Shown: piece by piece, positions 38,420 to 40,199 of the stretch | Numbering within the stretch: position 1 is the stretch's first letter | Layout: each line of letters starts with the position of its first letter | Assembly (NCBI GenBank): GCA_029856105.1 | Contig: JAHQWH010000074.1 | Coordinates: 1-40,199 of the forward strand | Source: Promethearchaeia archaeon | GTDB lineage: Archaea > Asgardarchaeota > Lokiarchaeia > Sigyniarchaeales > SOKP01 | DNA: 40,199 nucleotides | Direction of reading: 5' to 3' | Notes under the pieces: model-generated | What the model saw: only the letters and a program-made list of their open reading frames with translations | Told to the model about the DNA's origin: nothing | Databases searched by the model: none | Position numbers and translations under genes: made by a program

Positions 38420-39165
38420 GAGATCTCCTCGTCGTAATAAAATCTAGATCGAATTTTTTCTCGAATTGAATCTGGAAGCGATTTATAACTCATAAGTAAA
38501 GTTTTCAATCTTTCAAGTGGTTCAATGTTATCAATTCTCTCAATCGGATTAAAGTTGAGATGTAATTCCCTTAATTTCTTGAGTTCTTCGAGTCCCTTAA
38601 CAACCTTAATCTCGTTCTTACCCAAATCTAAACGTTCTAGCATGGAGTTACATTCCAAACCTTGAATTTCTTGAATTTGATTATAGCAGAAATTCAACCA
38701 CGTTAAAAGCGTGTTATTTTGAAGGTTTTTAATTTCCTTTATTTCGTTGTAAGATAAATCTAATTCGTCAAGCTTCCATAGCGAATCTAATCCTTCAATT
38801 TCCTTTATGTGGTTATGATTTAACCTTAAAAGCTTAATATTCTCTAAATTCTCAAGCCCTTCGATTTTTTCAATTTTGTTTTCGCTTAACATTAGATATG
38901 CTAGATTAACGAGGTTTTCCAAACCCTCAATTTTACTAATTTCATTTCCTCTCAAATCTAAAATCTTTAAATTCTTTAAATTTTCTAACCCGCTAATCTT
39001 TTTTATTTTATTAAAAGACAAATTCAGTTCTTCTATATGAACCAGTTTATCAATGTTAATAATGTCTAAAATGTTCTCAATCCCCATCATAGGTAATTCT
39101 AAACTTAAATCTTTACGAACTTCATATTTCTTTCCCTTCCATTCTACAAAATCGATATCTGGCAT
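38416..39165 (-). CDS. Leucine-rich repeat protein (SDS22-like)
   Basis: About 8 repeats of LxLxxNxIxxIEGL. Confidence 0.92.
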   Translation of the reverse strand: MPDIDFVEWKGKKYEVRKDLSLELPMMGIENILDIINIDKLVHIEELNLSFNKIKKISGLENLKNLKILDLRGNEISKIEGLENLVNLAYLMLSENKIEKIEGLENLENIKLLRLNHNHIKEIEGLDSLWKLDELDLSYNEIKEIKNLQNNTLLTWLNFCYNQIQEIQGLECNSMLERLDLGKNEIKVVKGLEELKKLRELHLNFNPIERIDNIEPLERLKTLLMSYKSLPDSIREKIRSRFYYDEEIS

Positions 39166-39256
39166 TTTATCTCATAAAAATGATTTATTATTCTCCAATA
39201 CTATTATACCATTTATATTTTTAAATATTCTGACACAATCAATTTTCTAAATTACG

Positions 39257-39925
39257 CTAGTCAATAATTTTGTTAGGAAGCCTATTCTCTTCCGTAGTTT
39301 GCGCCCGTTTAAGAAATCTTTCGACGATTAAGAACGCGATTAAAACAATACCTATAACAATAACAAATAGGAAGTCGAGAAACCCTACAAACATCATGGA
39401 AACGGTCGATATTAGCGAAATGACCAGTATTGCTAACAAATAATGAATTATCTCGATAAATGAGCCCAAATCAATAGCGCTTCTAGTTAACGCTCCTTTT
39501 AAGATTTCTGTGAGCTCGCAAGCTTTAAAGCTATTATTATAAGACATGTAATTGCGTAAATTTTTAAAAGTACACCTTTCAAAGTTACAATTATTAACAC
39601 CAGTTAGCTCTAGGATTTTTATCGAGCAGGAATCCAAGCTTAGATGCGAAGAACCGTGCAATTCAAACAAGATAAACGAACAGTTCTTAAAAACTATGTT
39701 TTGACATCGACTAAATGTGATGTAATCAAATTTCTGGTTTTCGAACACAATATACAAATCTGATTTGAATATTCTTAATCTCTCAGGAAGAGCAAGCCCA
39801 TCCTTAACGGTGTAGGGATTTTCTTCCGTTCCATCCCCATTAATCTTAGAATTTTCAAATACTTCCCTTAAATCTTTCTCATAAAAATCAATAACACCCT
39901 TTATTTTTTTCATGTTTATTATCAC
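39257..39925 (-). CDS. Beta-helix-like repeat protein with two C-terminal TM helices
   Basis: GDGTEENPY motif, repeated CxNxxFxxCxF, two hydrophobic segments. Confidence 0.7.
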   Translation of the reverse strand: MIINMKKIKGVIDFYEKDLREVFENSKINGDGTEENPYTVKDGLALPERLRIFKSDLYIVFENQKFDYITFSRCQNIVFKNCSFILFELHGSSHLSLDSCSIKILELTGVNNCNFERCTFKNLRNYMSYNNSFKACELTEILKGALTRSAIDLGSFIEIIHYLLAILVISLISTVSMMFVGFLDFLFVIVIGIVLIAFLIVERFLKRAQTTEENRLPNKIID

Positions 39926-40199
39926 CCATCATAATTTTGTACATTTTATAGGATAGTAAATCATTTTAGATTTTCAATCTCAATAACACTATGATTTGGT
40001 TCTATTTATTCTTGTCTTTAGATTCAAATTAAAATAAAAAAAAGTAATTGAGATTTTTCTTTAAAGGCGATATTTAGGTTGATAACCAACTTATTATTTC
40101 GATAATTAGTAAAAATGTTAAAAAAGAAAACTTACACGTATTCGATTGTTGCCGGGGGTTTGGGAGTGATGTCAAAATAGATATTTTTTGTATCGGGGA

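Overview
AT-rich archaeal DNA, most consistent with Asgard archaea (Lokiarchaeia-like). The evidence is a eukaryote-type actin (lokiactin), a Rab-like small GTPase, two SDS22-like LRR proteins, TFB, Rpo6 and Hef. The window also holds a PiT/DUF47 phosphate transport cluster, tldD-pmbA, a class III aminotransferase, and an 11-gene hdrCBA-mvhD-hdrA-flxDCBA-like-frhB redox operon. That operon is preceded by two small Cys-rich paralogs and a divergent Lrp/AsnC regulator. The most striking observation is a UDP-glucuronate decarboxylase-like gene interrupted by a 31-nt hairpin insertion (8084-8114). The insertion folds into a relaxed bulge-helix-bulge (BHB) motif, and cutting at the canonical bulge positions restores the frame and the family-typical sequence GHVNPVGPRSCYDESKR. 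A tRNA-Val(CAC) 6 kb away carries two non-canonical BHB introns of similar size and architecture (32 and 30 nt). Together these suggest tRNA-type (EndA) splicing of a protein-coding mRNA in an Asgard archaeon. All calls come from reading the sequence by eye; no database searches were run.
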